DNA of 61,433 nucleotides from a virus (Duplodnaviria; Caudoviricetes): IMG/VR virus record IMGVR_UViG_3300035701_000031, positions 1 to 61,433 of that record; one strand, 5' to 3'. Shown piece by piece: positions 48,326 to 56,784 of this stretch (position 1 is its first letter; each line of letters starts with the position of its first letter). The notes under the pieces were generated by a model. It saw only the letters and a program-made list of their open reading frames with translations, ran no database searches and was not told where the DNA came from. The position numbers and the translations under genes were made by a program.

Positions 48326-48445
48326 TTATTGCACATCCCATTCCCATTTATGTATGAATAAATCGTTGAATAAAATTACGGCGATGCCTCTGTAAGTGAG
48401 CAGCGCAATTGCTGAAAAAAATATAATTTTTATTAATTCTTCCAT
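48326..48445 (-). CDS. small single-TM protein (39 aa)
   Basis: Manual translation MEELIKIIFFSAIALLTYRGIAVILFND...; SD GAGG. Confidence 0.45.
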   Translation of the reverse strand: MEELIKIIFFSAIALLTYRGIAVILFNDLFIHKWEWDVQ

Positions 48446-48483
48446 TTTTTATTTCCTCTTTTTTAATTGAAAAAATTTTAACT

Positions 48484-48499
48484 GCCCGTCAAAACGGGC
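48484..48499 (-). terminator. GC hairpin followed by T-tract after the split gene
   Basis: GCCCGT-TTTG-ACGGGC then a T6 run downstream on the minus strand. Confidence 0.55.
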
Positions 48500-48517
48500 T
48501 ATTTAACAGGTCTAACT

Positions 48518-48870
48518 TTAGACCCTTCTACCGAAAAGGTTTCCGAAGCCCCCAACGCCGTTTCTCAAAACTGCGAAGAGTGCGCCAAAGACCAAGACTA
48601 CAGCACCAAGCATGAGTCCCGAGTATCAAATAAAAAATCTTAACGAGATTTCTTAATTTGATTATACCGAACATCTGCCCGATGTTAGCAGCCTGCATAT
48701 TTACTCCCTGAACAATGCCATTGAATATTAAGTTCCAATTGCTCAATTTCGTTTTTAAAAAACGAATAAAGGGCAATCGAGAGAACATACCGCTAATGGC
48801 GTTGAACAGAGGGTCTATATTTTAACCCAAATCGGAATTGTTTAGAACTCCAATTTGTTAGGTCAGCCAT
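48518..48870 (-). CDS. putative major coat/virion membrane protein (73 aa) in four exons: 48870-48859, 48821-48781, 48729-48663, 48619-48518
   Basis: SD GGAGGT; spliced product MADLNIDPLFNAISGMFSIFNGIVQGVNMQAANIGQMFGIGLMLGAVVLVFGALFAVLRNGVGGFGNLFGRRV aligns gaplessly to 30684-30893; coat function is inferred. Confidence 0.88.
48620..48662 (-). other. BHB-type intron 3 (43 nt, frameshifting)
   Basis: UC GGUA UA^A UCAAAUUAAGAAAUCU-CGUUA-AGAUUUUUUAUUUGA UACU CG^G GA. Confidence 0.87.
48730..48780 (-). other. BHB-type intron 2 (51 nt, in frame)
   Basis: GGUAU GUUC UC^U CGAUUGC...GCAAUUG GAAC UU^A AUAUU: complete motif with 5-bp exon helix. Confidence 0.88.
48822..48858 (-). other. BHB-type intron 1 (37 nt, frameshifting)
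   Basis: GACC UA^A CAAAUUGGAGUU-CUAAAC-AAUUCCGAUUUG GGUU AA^A: 4-bp helix, 3-nt bulges, 12-bp intron stem; exon-exon helix weak. Confidence 0.85.
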
Positions 48871-48878
48871 CTGTCTTT

Positions 48879-49961
48879 TCAACCTCCCGTTACGTTTACT
48901 TTTTTTTGTAAAGAGGTAACCATAATTTCATCAAATTTTTTCTTTTTTCTATTTAAATAAAGGGTGTTTGCTCCTTTGTAAAGCCAATTTGCAATTTTTA
49001 TAGTTTGGGGTATCCCCTCATAATTTAATTCCCAGCAATTTTTATTTTTTTGTTTTGTTAAACTTCCTTTTTTTACGCCTTTAATTTTTGATAATTTTTC
49101 TTGAACTTTTTTAAGTAATTTTTTTGAACCAGTAAGTTTGAATGTGGCTCTGTTTTTTCCATTTCTTTTTTTGAAATATATGCAACCATCGCCATCAAAT
49201 AAACCTCGAATAAAATGATTATCGGCTTCTTCTGAAATGTTTGGATAGGCTGAACGAATTGTTTTTTTGGTAATATCAAACGGGCATATCTTTTGCAAAT
49301 CAGAATACATTTGTTTACTGTTTATTGTGGTCGAATATTCTATATTGGCATCTGGGCGTTTATATTTTGTTATATAATGCGTTGAACCAAGGATATTTTT
49401 AATTTTTTCAATTGGTTCTAATTCATTTTGGTCAAAACGAACACGATAACATTTCTTAATTGCACATCCATCTGCCATCCAAAACCCAAGAACATAGGCA
49501 CTTTTTGATGTAATTTTTGAAAAGAATTTTTCATTCACTTTATGATATTTTTGATGCGCATATTTTACATTGATGTTTTTTTCTTTAAGCCAATTTAAGA
49601 TAGTCTGTGGATTTAAATTATATTTTTGCCCCAATTCGCAACTATTTGAGCCTTTTTTATATTCATTTACAATTTTATTTTTCAATTTTAACGGAATAAT
49701 TGAATGGGTTTTTAAAAATGCTGAAGGTTTTTTTGATGTTTTTTGCCTTTTTAAAATGTTTTGAATTAAACAATGCGAGGCATTATATTTTCTACCTAAT
49801 TCCCAAGTGCTCAAACCTTTTTTTAAATATTGGCTAACTATTTGTTTTTCTTTCGAATCAGTAAATCGTCTTTTTCCTTTATATGTTCGACCTATTTTTC
49901 TCCCACTGCGCATCCCTCTCGCACTTAAGCTATGCCTCGCTGGTTCATTCTGCCAACTCAT
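48879..49961 (-). CDS. free-standing LAGLIDADG homing endonuclease with N-terminal ARH-like motif and HTH repeats
   Basis: AYVLGFWMADG and FIRGLFDGDG motifs; N-terminus SWQNEPARHSLSARGMRSG. Confidence 0.88.
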   Translation of the reverse strand: MSWQNEPARHSLSARGMRSGRKIGRTYKGKRRFTDSKEKQIVSQYLKKGLSTWELGRKYNASHCLIQNILKRQKTSKKPSAFLKTHSIIPLKLKNKIVNEYKKGSNSCELGQKYNLNPQTILNWLKEKNINVKYAHQKYHKVNEKFFSKITSKSAYVLGFWMADGCAIKKCYRVRFDQNELEPIEKIKNILGSTHYITKYKRPDANIEYSTTINSKQMYSDLQKICPFDITKKTIRSAYPNISEEADNHFIRGLFDGDGCIYFKKRNGKNRATFKLTGSKKLLKKVQEKLSKIKGVKKGSLTKQKNKNCWELNYEGIPQTIKIANWLYKGANTLYLNRKKKKFDEIMVTSLQKKVNVTGG

Positions 49962-49989
49962 CAAATCATCCCCAATATTACACTATATA

Positions 49990-50015
49990 TATCCTTTCTT
50001 ATATAAAAAATTTTT
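49990..50015 (-). promoter_or_regulatory. archaeal promoter matching the core of the 53-bp element
   Basis: Minus strand AAAAATTTTTTATATAAGAAAGGAT upstream of the LAGLIDADG and split genes. Confidence 0.7.
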
Positions 50016-50022
50016 GCTTGCG

Positions 50023-50220
50023 TCAAAATCGCCTTCCCCCTCTCCCGCTTGCTATATATTTCAACATAATAAAAATAACCACGACCATGAAAACAGCCGC
50101 CCCCAATAAGCCGAAAAACTGCCCGATTCCTGTGCTCTGGGGCAAGATTCCATTATTGACTAAATTTTGGAATCCGTCAATCAATTGCTGGAATCCTTGG
50201 AAAAATTCTTCGTAAGCCAT
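50023..50220 (-). CDS. small coat-like membrane protein, distant intron-free paralog of the split gene
   Basis: NGI..QSTGIGQFFG followed by TM and basic tail. Confidence 0.75.
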   Translation of the reverse strand: MAYEEFFQGFQQLIDGFQNLVNNGILPQSTGIGQFFGLLGAAVFMVVVIFIMLKYIASGRGGRRF

Positions 50221-50726
50221 TAGAAGTTCACCTTGCCTTGTTTCATTGCCTTATGGATAAAGTAAATAACAAAAACTACAAGGAACACGAAAATGGCTAT
50301 CAGGATTGGGAAAAAGATTGTTTCTGGGTTTGTAATCCACAGCCACCAGCTCGCAATATCCCCATATGGCGTTTTTCTTTGTGAAATTTCAATTTGTTTT
50401 GTCGCAACTGCATTTCCGCAGACTGTTGTTGCATTGTAATCTTCATTCATTTGGAAAATGCTTGATGGCAATTTTGCCCTTATGAAAAAGTGTCCCCTTT
50501 CATCTGTGTTTTGTGAAGTGAACCTGTATAATTCTACTCCGTCTTTGCTGAAATAAAAATCGCATTGCACGTTTGCCGAAATATTCAAATCATCGATGAA
50601 AGTTCCAGCGATTGCAATGTAATCATCCAGTGGCACTGTGTCTGGCATTGAATAATCGGCTATTAAATCGGCATTTGCCATTGAAGCGAAAAGCAAAATT
50701 CCTAAAAACAAAATTATTTTTTTCAT
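50220..50726 (-). CDS. secreted Ig-like protein with C-terminal TM
   Basis: Signal peptide, beta-rich body, TM anchor. Confidence 0.75.
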   Translation of the reverse strand: MKKIILFLGILLFASMANADLIADYSMPDTVPLDDYIAIAGTFIDDLNISANVQCDFYFSKDGVELYRFTSQNTDERGHFFIRAKLPSSIFQMNEDYNATTVCGNAVATKQIEISQRKTPYGDIASWWLWITNPETIFFPILIAIFVFLVVFVIYFIHKAMKQGKVNF

Positions 50727-53700
50727 AGAACAGCCCCCCTTCTTCTAATTGCAAAAAATCCGCCGACACAAACTAATCCGACAACCGCCACTAATCCCCA
50801 TGCAACTTCTGGCGGGGCTAATGCAAAATAACTTGTCAGTGTTGGCGGGTCATCTGGATTTGTGTAGGGGGCAAGGCTGACTGCCTGCCCTTTCACATAG
50901 ATTGTGTCGTAATTTGCATACATATCGTCTGCACCATCTAAAAATAAGGCATAAACAGTGTAAATACCTTCTCCATGCGCTGAACATCCGTAATTTCCGC
51001 TTGCCAAATCCCAATTTGGATAAAAGTCGTCATATATAATCCAGTCTGTCCAATGGTTGTCATCACAGCTAAAAGCCATCCACCATGCCGCATCTCCCTG
51101 CAAATATAAATCAACCATCAGGCTGTTTGTATCCGCAGCCCCGTTGTCGATTAGAATATTGAAATCGCTTGTGTAATAAAAATTGTGCCAGTCGTCTGTT
51201 GAAATATTTGCGTTGTCATCTTGGCAGAATGCCATTATTTTGTAATTGCCTCTTTGCGAAAAATAGGGCGCAATATTTTCTGTTACTTTGCCTTGTGCAT
51301 TCATATTGAAATCAATGTTAAAATCCGCATTTCCGATTCCGCCTGTGATTCTTGCCCATGTTTTGTCCAAATCGACCACCCCATTTGGGTCATAACACCT
51401 GTAATTCAGCATTACATTTCCATCCCCATTCCAGAATTGCGGGTAAATTAAAAAGTCTTTGATTTGCGGGGCAACATTTGTAACAAATGCGGAAATGACA
51501 AGTCCACCGATTGCAAAAATAATGAAATTATCTGTTGCCCAATTGCTACAATTTTTCCAAGTGCCATAATTATTGTCGCAGGCTTTTACACTCCAATAAT
51601 AATGCCCAATTAATCCTAAATTAAAATCATTATAGTTTGTATCGAATGTATTTGCATCCAATTTATTGTTTCCCCTATAAGTTGTTCCAATATTTATATG
51701 ATAACGTATCGTGTCTCCTTCTCCATCTGTGCTTGCATTCCAATCAAAGTTTCTTATTATTTGTGAATTGTCTAATTGCAAAATTAAAATTGGTATGCTT
51801 GGCGGATTGTTTATTATTAAAACGCTGAAAATATCTTCGCTTGACCAATTGCTGCAATTCTCCCAATCTCCATGATTGTTGTCGCAGGCTCTCACTCTCC
51901 AATAATATGTTTGCCCTGCATTAAAAATTACATCATTATAATTTGTGTCAAAAGTGTTGGCATCTAATTTATTGCTGCATCCACTGCAAGTTCCGATGTT
52001 TATATGGTATCTTATTATATTTCCTTCTCCGTCTGTGCTTGTGCTCCATTCAAAATCCCTTGTTGTTTGGGCATTATCCAATTGCGGTGTTAAAACAGGA
52101 ATGCTTGGCGGATAATTTATTATTGTTGTGAATGTGTCTTCTGTTGAAAATCCACTGCACGCATTTTCATCATCACACGCTTTTACTTTCCAATAATATG
52201 TGCCTGCCGTTAAATATCCAGTTAAATAATTCAAATCAGTTATGTTTACATCTGCAACATCTTTTCCGCCAGAATATGTGCCAAGATTTAAATTATAATG
52301 GATTGGGTCTGATTCCAAGTCTGTGCTTATATTCCATTGCAATAAAACACTACCTTCGTATTGCCCGTCTGGTTCATCAATTAATGTGGGTTGTGTTGGC
52401 GGAGTATTTGGCGATGTTACTGCAAATGAATCTTCTGTGCTCCAATTGCTGCAATTGGCTTTATATGCAAACCAGCCATTTGCATCATCACAGGCTTTTA
52501 CACCCCAGTAATATGTTCCTATTGATAAGCCGAGTGCATTGTAATCTGTTGTTAATGAATTGGCATCAACTATATCATTTAATCCGCTTGCTGTGCCAAC
52601 TCTTATTGTATATTGTATTGGGTCTCCTTCTGGGTCTGTGCTCGCATTCCATTGCAATAACGCCCAATTGAAATTAGTGTCTGGTTCTATAATCAGTGTT
52701 GGCACGCTTGGCGGTGAATTGTTCGTATAATTGATGTCAATGCTATCAACATTTGCATCATAAATTGTGCTATACCTTTTAATCCAACTTCTTATTTTTA
52801 TCATGTTAGTGCTTGCATTTGCATCAGATAATAATTTGTTGCCTGAAACATATTTCCATGTTGCCCCATCATTATTCGAATATTGATATGTAACAGTTGC
52901 CACACTGTGTTTTATACCCAACATATAGCCTGCTCCAGTGTCTGTCCAACTTGTTCCACTATTAGCAGATATATAACTTGAACTCCCATTAGTATCAACT
53001 CCAATTTGATAACAATGTGCTGCATCTGCACAGGCAGGGCAAGAAACCACAAATTTCAATGAATTGTTATCATTTACATTTCCATCTTTATTGAGACTAA
53101 AATTATACCATGCCCAAGTTGCTGAAATTTGTGCTGGAAGATATGTTCTTATAAGATTGCAATTTGTGGCTGGATTGCCAGAAACATAACTGTCAGGGCA
53201 CAAATAAACCAATAAATTATCTCCTGTCGCAGGCGTAACATCTCTTGTGAAAAAATTCACATCGTAATTATTAAACAATCCAGCATTTATATCAATTCTT
53301 ACAAAATTTGTTGTATATATTGTTTGGAAATTTTCCCATGTATCATCATGGTTTCGTGATTTCACAATTGTCGAATTGTTATAATCAATTGTTTTTAAAT
53401 TTATCCATTGAATCACATTTGGGCTTGGATTTAAATTATTTGTATCGCAATAACCTTGCAATTTATTTGTTGCTAATGTGCAATATCCGCCAGTTATTGT
53501 CGTATTGAAAGTTGTATAATCGGCAGGAATATCGAAAGAGTAAAAAGCACTTCTAAAAATCGGGTCGAGCCTGCTTATGTATATTACATTATTTCTGCTT
53601 CTTCCTGCAATAATAAATTCCCCGTCTATTGGTTCAAGTGCTTTGAATAAAATTCTTAATCTAATTGTTCCTTGCGGTATTGTTACATCTTTCCAGCCTC

Positions 53701-54067
53701 TCAATAAAGTGAATCCTGTTTTTCCGACTGGAATCATTTGTGCATCTGTGCTTTGAACTAATGCTGCTGTTATATCAACCCAACTGCTTGTTCCAGTATT
53801 CCATCTGTAAACTTTTTGTGGCTGGATTTTGCTGATTAATTCATTTTTTAAAAATACGCCCAAATCCGCATCAACTATGGCAGCCCCGCAATCATTCACG
53901 AAATACAATTCAATATCGCAAATGCTTTCTGGGCAATAATAATCTTTATTTGTCGAATAAATTGTGAAGCAACTGTCATTTCCAATATCATTGTAAAGAC
54001 CATAGCTTGCGCTGCTCAAAGCCAGAAAAAAAAGGCAGATTGCCATTAATTTAATTATTTTCTGCAT
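50723..54067 (-). CDS. large membrane-anchored surface protein with four fibronectin-III-like repeats
   Basis: Repeats N.PP..P.L...W..STD.E.D.I.Y...GT...YYW.V.ACD; signal peptide; C-terminal TM plus RRR. Confidence 0.8.
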   Translation of the reverse strand: MQKIIKLMAICLFFLALSSASYGLYNDIGNDSCFTIYSTNKDYYCPESICDIELYFVNDCGAAIVDADLGVFLKNELISKIQPQKVYRWNTGTSSWVDITAALVQSTDAQMIPVGKTGFTLLRGWKDVTIPQGTIRLRILFKALEPIDGEFIIAGRSRNNVIYISRLDPIFRSAFYSFDIPADYTTFNTTITGGYCTLATNKLQGYCDTNNLNPSPNVIQWINLKTIDYNNSTIVKSRNHDDTWENFQTIYTTNFVRIDINAGLFNNYDVNFFTRDVTPATGDNLLVYLCPDSYVSGNPATNCNLIRTYLPAQISATWAWYNFSLNKDGNVNDNNSLKFVVSCPACADAAHCYQIGVDTNGSSSYISANSGTSWTDTGAGYMLGIKHSVATVTYQYSNNDGATWKYVSGNKLLSDANASTNMIKIRSWIKRYSTIYDANVDSIDINYTNNSPPSVPTLIIEPDTNFNWALLQWNASTDPEGDPIQYTIRVGTASGLNDIVDANSLTTDYNALGLSIGTYYWGVKACDDANGWFAYKANCSNWSTEDSFAVTSPNTPPTQPTLIDEPDGQYEGSVLLQWNISTDLESDPIHYNLNLGTYSGGKDVADVNITDLNYLTGYLTAGTYYWKVKACDDENACSGFSTEDTFTTIINYPPSIPVLTPQLDNAQTTRDFEWSTSTDGEGNIIRYHINIGTCSGCSNKLDANTFDTNYNDVIFNAGQTYYWRVRACDNNHGDWENCSNWSSEDIFSVLIINNPPSIPILILQLDNSQIIRNFDWNASTDGEGDTIRYHINIGTTYRGNNKLDANTFDTNYNDFNLGLIGHYYWSVKACDNNYGTWKNCSNWATDNFIIFAIGGLVISAFVTNVAPQIKDFLIYPQFWNGDGNVMLNYRCYDPNGVVDLDKTWARITGGIGNADFNIDFNMNAQGKVTENIAPYFSQRGNYKIMAFCQDDNANISTDDWHNFYYTSDFNILIDNGAADTNSLMVDLYLQGDAAWWMAFSCDDNHWTDWIIYDDFYPNWDLASGNYGCSAHGEGIYTVYALFLDGADDMYANYDTIYVKGQAVSLAPYTNPDDPPTLTSYFALAPPEVAWGLVAVVGLVCVGGFFAIRRRGAVL

Positions 54068-54809
54068 CGTATGCCTCGTTTGTTGCATATGCCTGTTTTC
54101 TTCTGTAAGCAACAATTCCCAGAATTGCAATTGTTGCAAGTATTCCCCCGATTCCGCCCCAGAATATCGTTTCTCCTTTAAATCCCAGTGATGCAAAGAA
54201 ATCTATTTGGTCTTCCTTGCATTTCTCGCCTTTGCTTTCAAGGATTTTTGTCCCGTCTTTGCATAGTCTTGGGCATTCTTCCCCTTCTTTTACAACCAAT
54301 CCGTTTGGGCAGTCCTTTCTTATTTTCCAGAAAGGAATTTCATTATAGCTTTCATCTCCTTCAAGGCTGATTGACGCATTTATTTTTGCCGATGTTGTGT
54401 AAATTAATTGTGTCCCTCCTTCGCCTTTCGGCATTAATTTTGCCGTTACTTTGATTGTATAAAACCCCAATTCTTTCGGAATTAATGTCAGCAAAACTCT
54501 TTGATTTTCTTTATTTTCAAGTTCAAATGCTGGCGTGTCCACTGTCCAATCGAAAACATCTTCCAATTTTTTGTCTGAATCAATTAATTCAATATTTATT
54601 TCATAATTGCTTGTGTCGCACACTCTTCCGTCTGCGCTTGAATTATAGGCTCTGAAACTAAAAAATGCTGGTTCGCTTAATTTTATTTTCGCATCTTTCC
54701 ATTCGTTTCCGTTTGACATTGTGATGCAAACAATTGCATTTGCAAACCCAGCCATGCTTACCGCTATCAAAAACAATAGCAAAACTCTCTCTATCTTCCT
54801 TTTATTCAT
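54051..54809 (-). CDS. secreted Ig-like protein with Cys-rich linker and C-terminal TM
   Basis: Signal peptide; TM followed by YRRK. Confidence 0.75.
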   Translation of the reverse strand: MNKRKIERVLLLFLIAVSMAGFANAIVCITMSNGNEWKDAKIKLSEPAFFSFRAYNSSADGRVCDTSNYEINIELIDSDKKLEDVFDWTVDTPAFELENKENQRVLLTLIPKELGFYTIKVTAKLMPKGEGGTQLIYTTSAKINASISLEGDESYNEIPFWKIRKDCPNGLVVKEGEECPRLCKDGTKILESKGEKCKEDQIDFFASLGFKGETIFWGGIGGILATIAILGIVAYRRKQAYATNEAYDAENN

Positions 54810-54837
54810 TCTCTTCCCTCCAAAAATTAACTTTTGT

Positions 54838-54882
54838 TCTTATAGAAAAGGCATTATTAAAAAATAATGCCTCTCTATAAGA
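54838..54882 (-). terminator. long intergenic hairpin after the putative major fibre subunit
   Basis: About 20-bp near-perfect inverted repeat. Confidence 0.55.
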
Positions 54883-54902
54883 GACATCCCCATCCTTACG
54901 GC

Positions 54903-55781
54903 TTATGATGCTGAACTGCCGTATGTCAATGTTCCAGTGTATGCTCCTGCTACTTGCCCTGCTGGAATGTCAATCCACATCCATAGATTAGATGCTGCGC
55001 TTGTTGGGTCTGTTCCTCTGCTCCAAACCGTCTCTACTTTGTCTTCTCCGCCAGTGAATGGTGTGCTGCTTACTGCATCATTTGTCAGATACCATGACAT
55101 ATTGCCATCGCCGATTGTATTCGTCAGATATGTCAGGTCTGTCTGTGCTGCTGTTACTTCGATGTTCACGTTTCCATTGTGCGTTGAAATGATGTATGCG
55201 TTTGCTGTTTGTGTGCTGCTGAATGCGTTGTTAGGTGTATCTGGTGCTCCAGTGTATGTTCCGCTTGTTGTATCCTGCACTGTTCCAAAACTGTTATTTA
55301 CTGTGAATATAGCAACCGCTTCATTACTGTCCATTGCTGCACTTTGGTCTTCTACATAGACATAGACATCTACTGCACCTGAAAGGAATTTCTCTGTCCA
55401 ATCGGTAGTATCAACCTGCAAACAATATGTCGTTCCTGATTGTATACATCCGTCTCTTGTTCCTGTTGTCGGAGGAGTAAGAGCTTTTGCATCCCAATCA
55501 GGTGTTCCGCCATTGCTATCTGCTGTTACATACCATTCCAATTTCAATGCCGTTAAATCGAGGTCGCTTTGCCCGTTTGGGTCGCTGATTGTAACCTGCA
55601 CTGTGAACTGTGATGGTGGGTCAAAACTTTTGTCGTATCCGCAAGTTCCATTGCATAACTGAATGTCCCCAACTGTCGGATTTTCGTTTCCAACTGTTGC
55701 GGTAATGCTAACTGGTGCTGCGAATGCCGAGCCTGCCATTAAAGCCATTGTAAAAAGCAAAGCCAAAATACTTTTTCTCAT
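54903..55781 (-). CDS. putative major fibre/fimbrial subunit
   Basis: SD GGGGTGAT, signal peptide MRKSILALL, C-terminal W.WIDIPAGQ.AG.YTGTLT; paralog of 55889 and of C-terminus of 56785. Confidence 0.7.
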   Translation of the reverse strand: MRKSILALLFTMALMAGSAFAAPVSITATVGNENPTVGDIQLCNGTCGYDKSFDPPSQFTVQVTISDPNGQSDLDLTALKLEWYVTADSNGGTPDWDAKALTPPTTGTRDGCIQSGTTYCLQVDTTDWTEKFLSGAVDVYVYVEDQSAAMDSNEAVAIFTVNNSFGTVQDTTSGTYTGAPDTPNNAFSSTQTANAYIISTHNGNVNIEVTAAQTDLTYLTNTIGDGNMSWYLTNDAVSSTPFTGGEDKVETVWSRGTDPTSAASNLWMWIDIPAGQVAGAYTGTLTYGSSAS

Positions 55782-55888
55782 TTTTGTATCACCCCCTTTG
55801 GCTATTTTGAATTTTCTTACCAAATTCATAAAATTGATAAGTATGAACCCGCCTATTGCCCCAATTGCCATTCCTGTCATTATATTCA

Positions 55889-56779
55889 TTATGATGCCTC
55901 CGCCCCAATTGCTAAAGCTGAAGTATAATTTCCTGCTGGTTGATTTGCTGGACAATTGAGCCATAGCCAAACATTTTGTGTGGATAATGTTGGATAAATT
56001 CCTTTTGTCCAGTCTGATAAAAATATTTGTGCCAATCCATTTATTGCTGTCGCTTCTGCATAATTATTTGCTGTATTAAATTTTTGATTTGCTTTGTCTA
56101 TTGTATTGCCGTTATAAGAAAAATCATCCCCGATTATATTCAAATCTAAATTTATATTTCCATTATGAGTAATTTTAATGTAGGGGTTGGCTTGGTCTGT
56201 TAATATTGCATTTTGTGCGCTATTTGGCGCAACAGAATAAGTTGCTGTTGCACTATCTAATGTGATTGCTGTTGCATTATTGATTGTCAATATTCCGATG
56301 CTTTCATTAAAATCATCCCCGATTGTCAAGCCGATTGCCCTTACCCAAATATCCGCACTGCCAGCAATAAATTTGGTTGTCCAATCACTTTCTCCAATCG
56401 TTAGGCAATAAATATTATCGGCAACTTCGCACCCGTTGGCATTTGCGCTTGTTACAGCAAGTTTTTTAATGCAGTCCCAATCTTCGCTGCATTCGTTTGT
56501 ATCGCTTGTTTGATAAAAATAGGCATCAAAAGTATTTAAGTCCTCATCATCCTGCATTGTAACTTTTATTGTAAATTCTGTTGCTGGGTCAATGCTTTTT
56601 GTGTATTCGCAAGTTCCATCACATAATTGTATTTCTTCAATATCAACTGGCGCAATAGAAACTGTCGCCGATACTGAAAGTGATTGGGGGCTGCCTAATT
56701 CAAATGAAACAGAAAGGTCTGTTGCAAAAATTGTTGGAATCAGCCCCATTACAACCACCAATAAAAAAAAAATTCTCAT
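55889..56779 (-). CDS. putative minor fibre subunit
   Basis: Full-length paralog of 54903 (IQLC.GTC.Y.KS.DP, THNGN, W..G..PT). Confidence 0.7.
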   Translation of the reverse strand: MRIFFLLVVVMGLIPTIFATDLSVSFELGSPQSLSVSATVSIAPVDIEEIQLCDGTCEYTKSIDPATEFTIKVTMQDDEDLNTFDAYFYQTSDTNECSEDWDCIKKLAVTSANANGCEVADNIYCLTIGESDWTTKFIAGSADIWVRAIGLTIGDDFNESIGILTINNATAITLDSATATYSVAPNSAQNAILTDQANPYIKITHNGNINLDLNIIGDDFSYNGNTIDKANQKFNTANNYAEATAINGLAQIFLSDWTKGIYPTLSTQNVWLWLNCPANQPAGNYTSALAIGAEAS

Positions 56780-56784
56780 TTTAG

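Noticed and set aside
48528-48788. 86-aa ORF in the supplied track (MFSRLPFIRF...)
   Set aside because: It is a read-through of exon 2 end, intron 2, exon 3 and intron 3, then out of frame in exon 4; the spliced model explains the homology and the SD.
48518-48870. Interpretation as a decayed pseudogene
   Set aside because: Exons have no stops or indels, substitutions against the paralog are conservative, SD and terminator are intact, and all three inserts obey BHB geometry exactly.
48888-48921. Hairpin at the end of the LAGLIDADG ORF as an intron boundary
   Set aside because: It has a 3x1 internal loop, not a canonical bulge, and no partner motif was found at the ORF start.
54838-54890. Hairpin as a BHB intron or tRNA
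   Set aside because: Intergenic, continuous stem, no bulge-helix-bulge and no cloverleaf.
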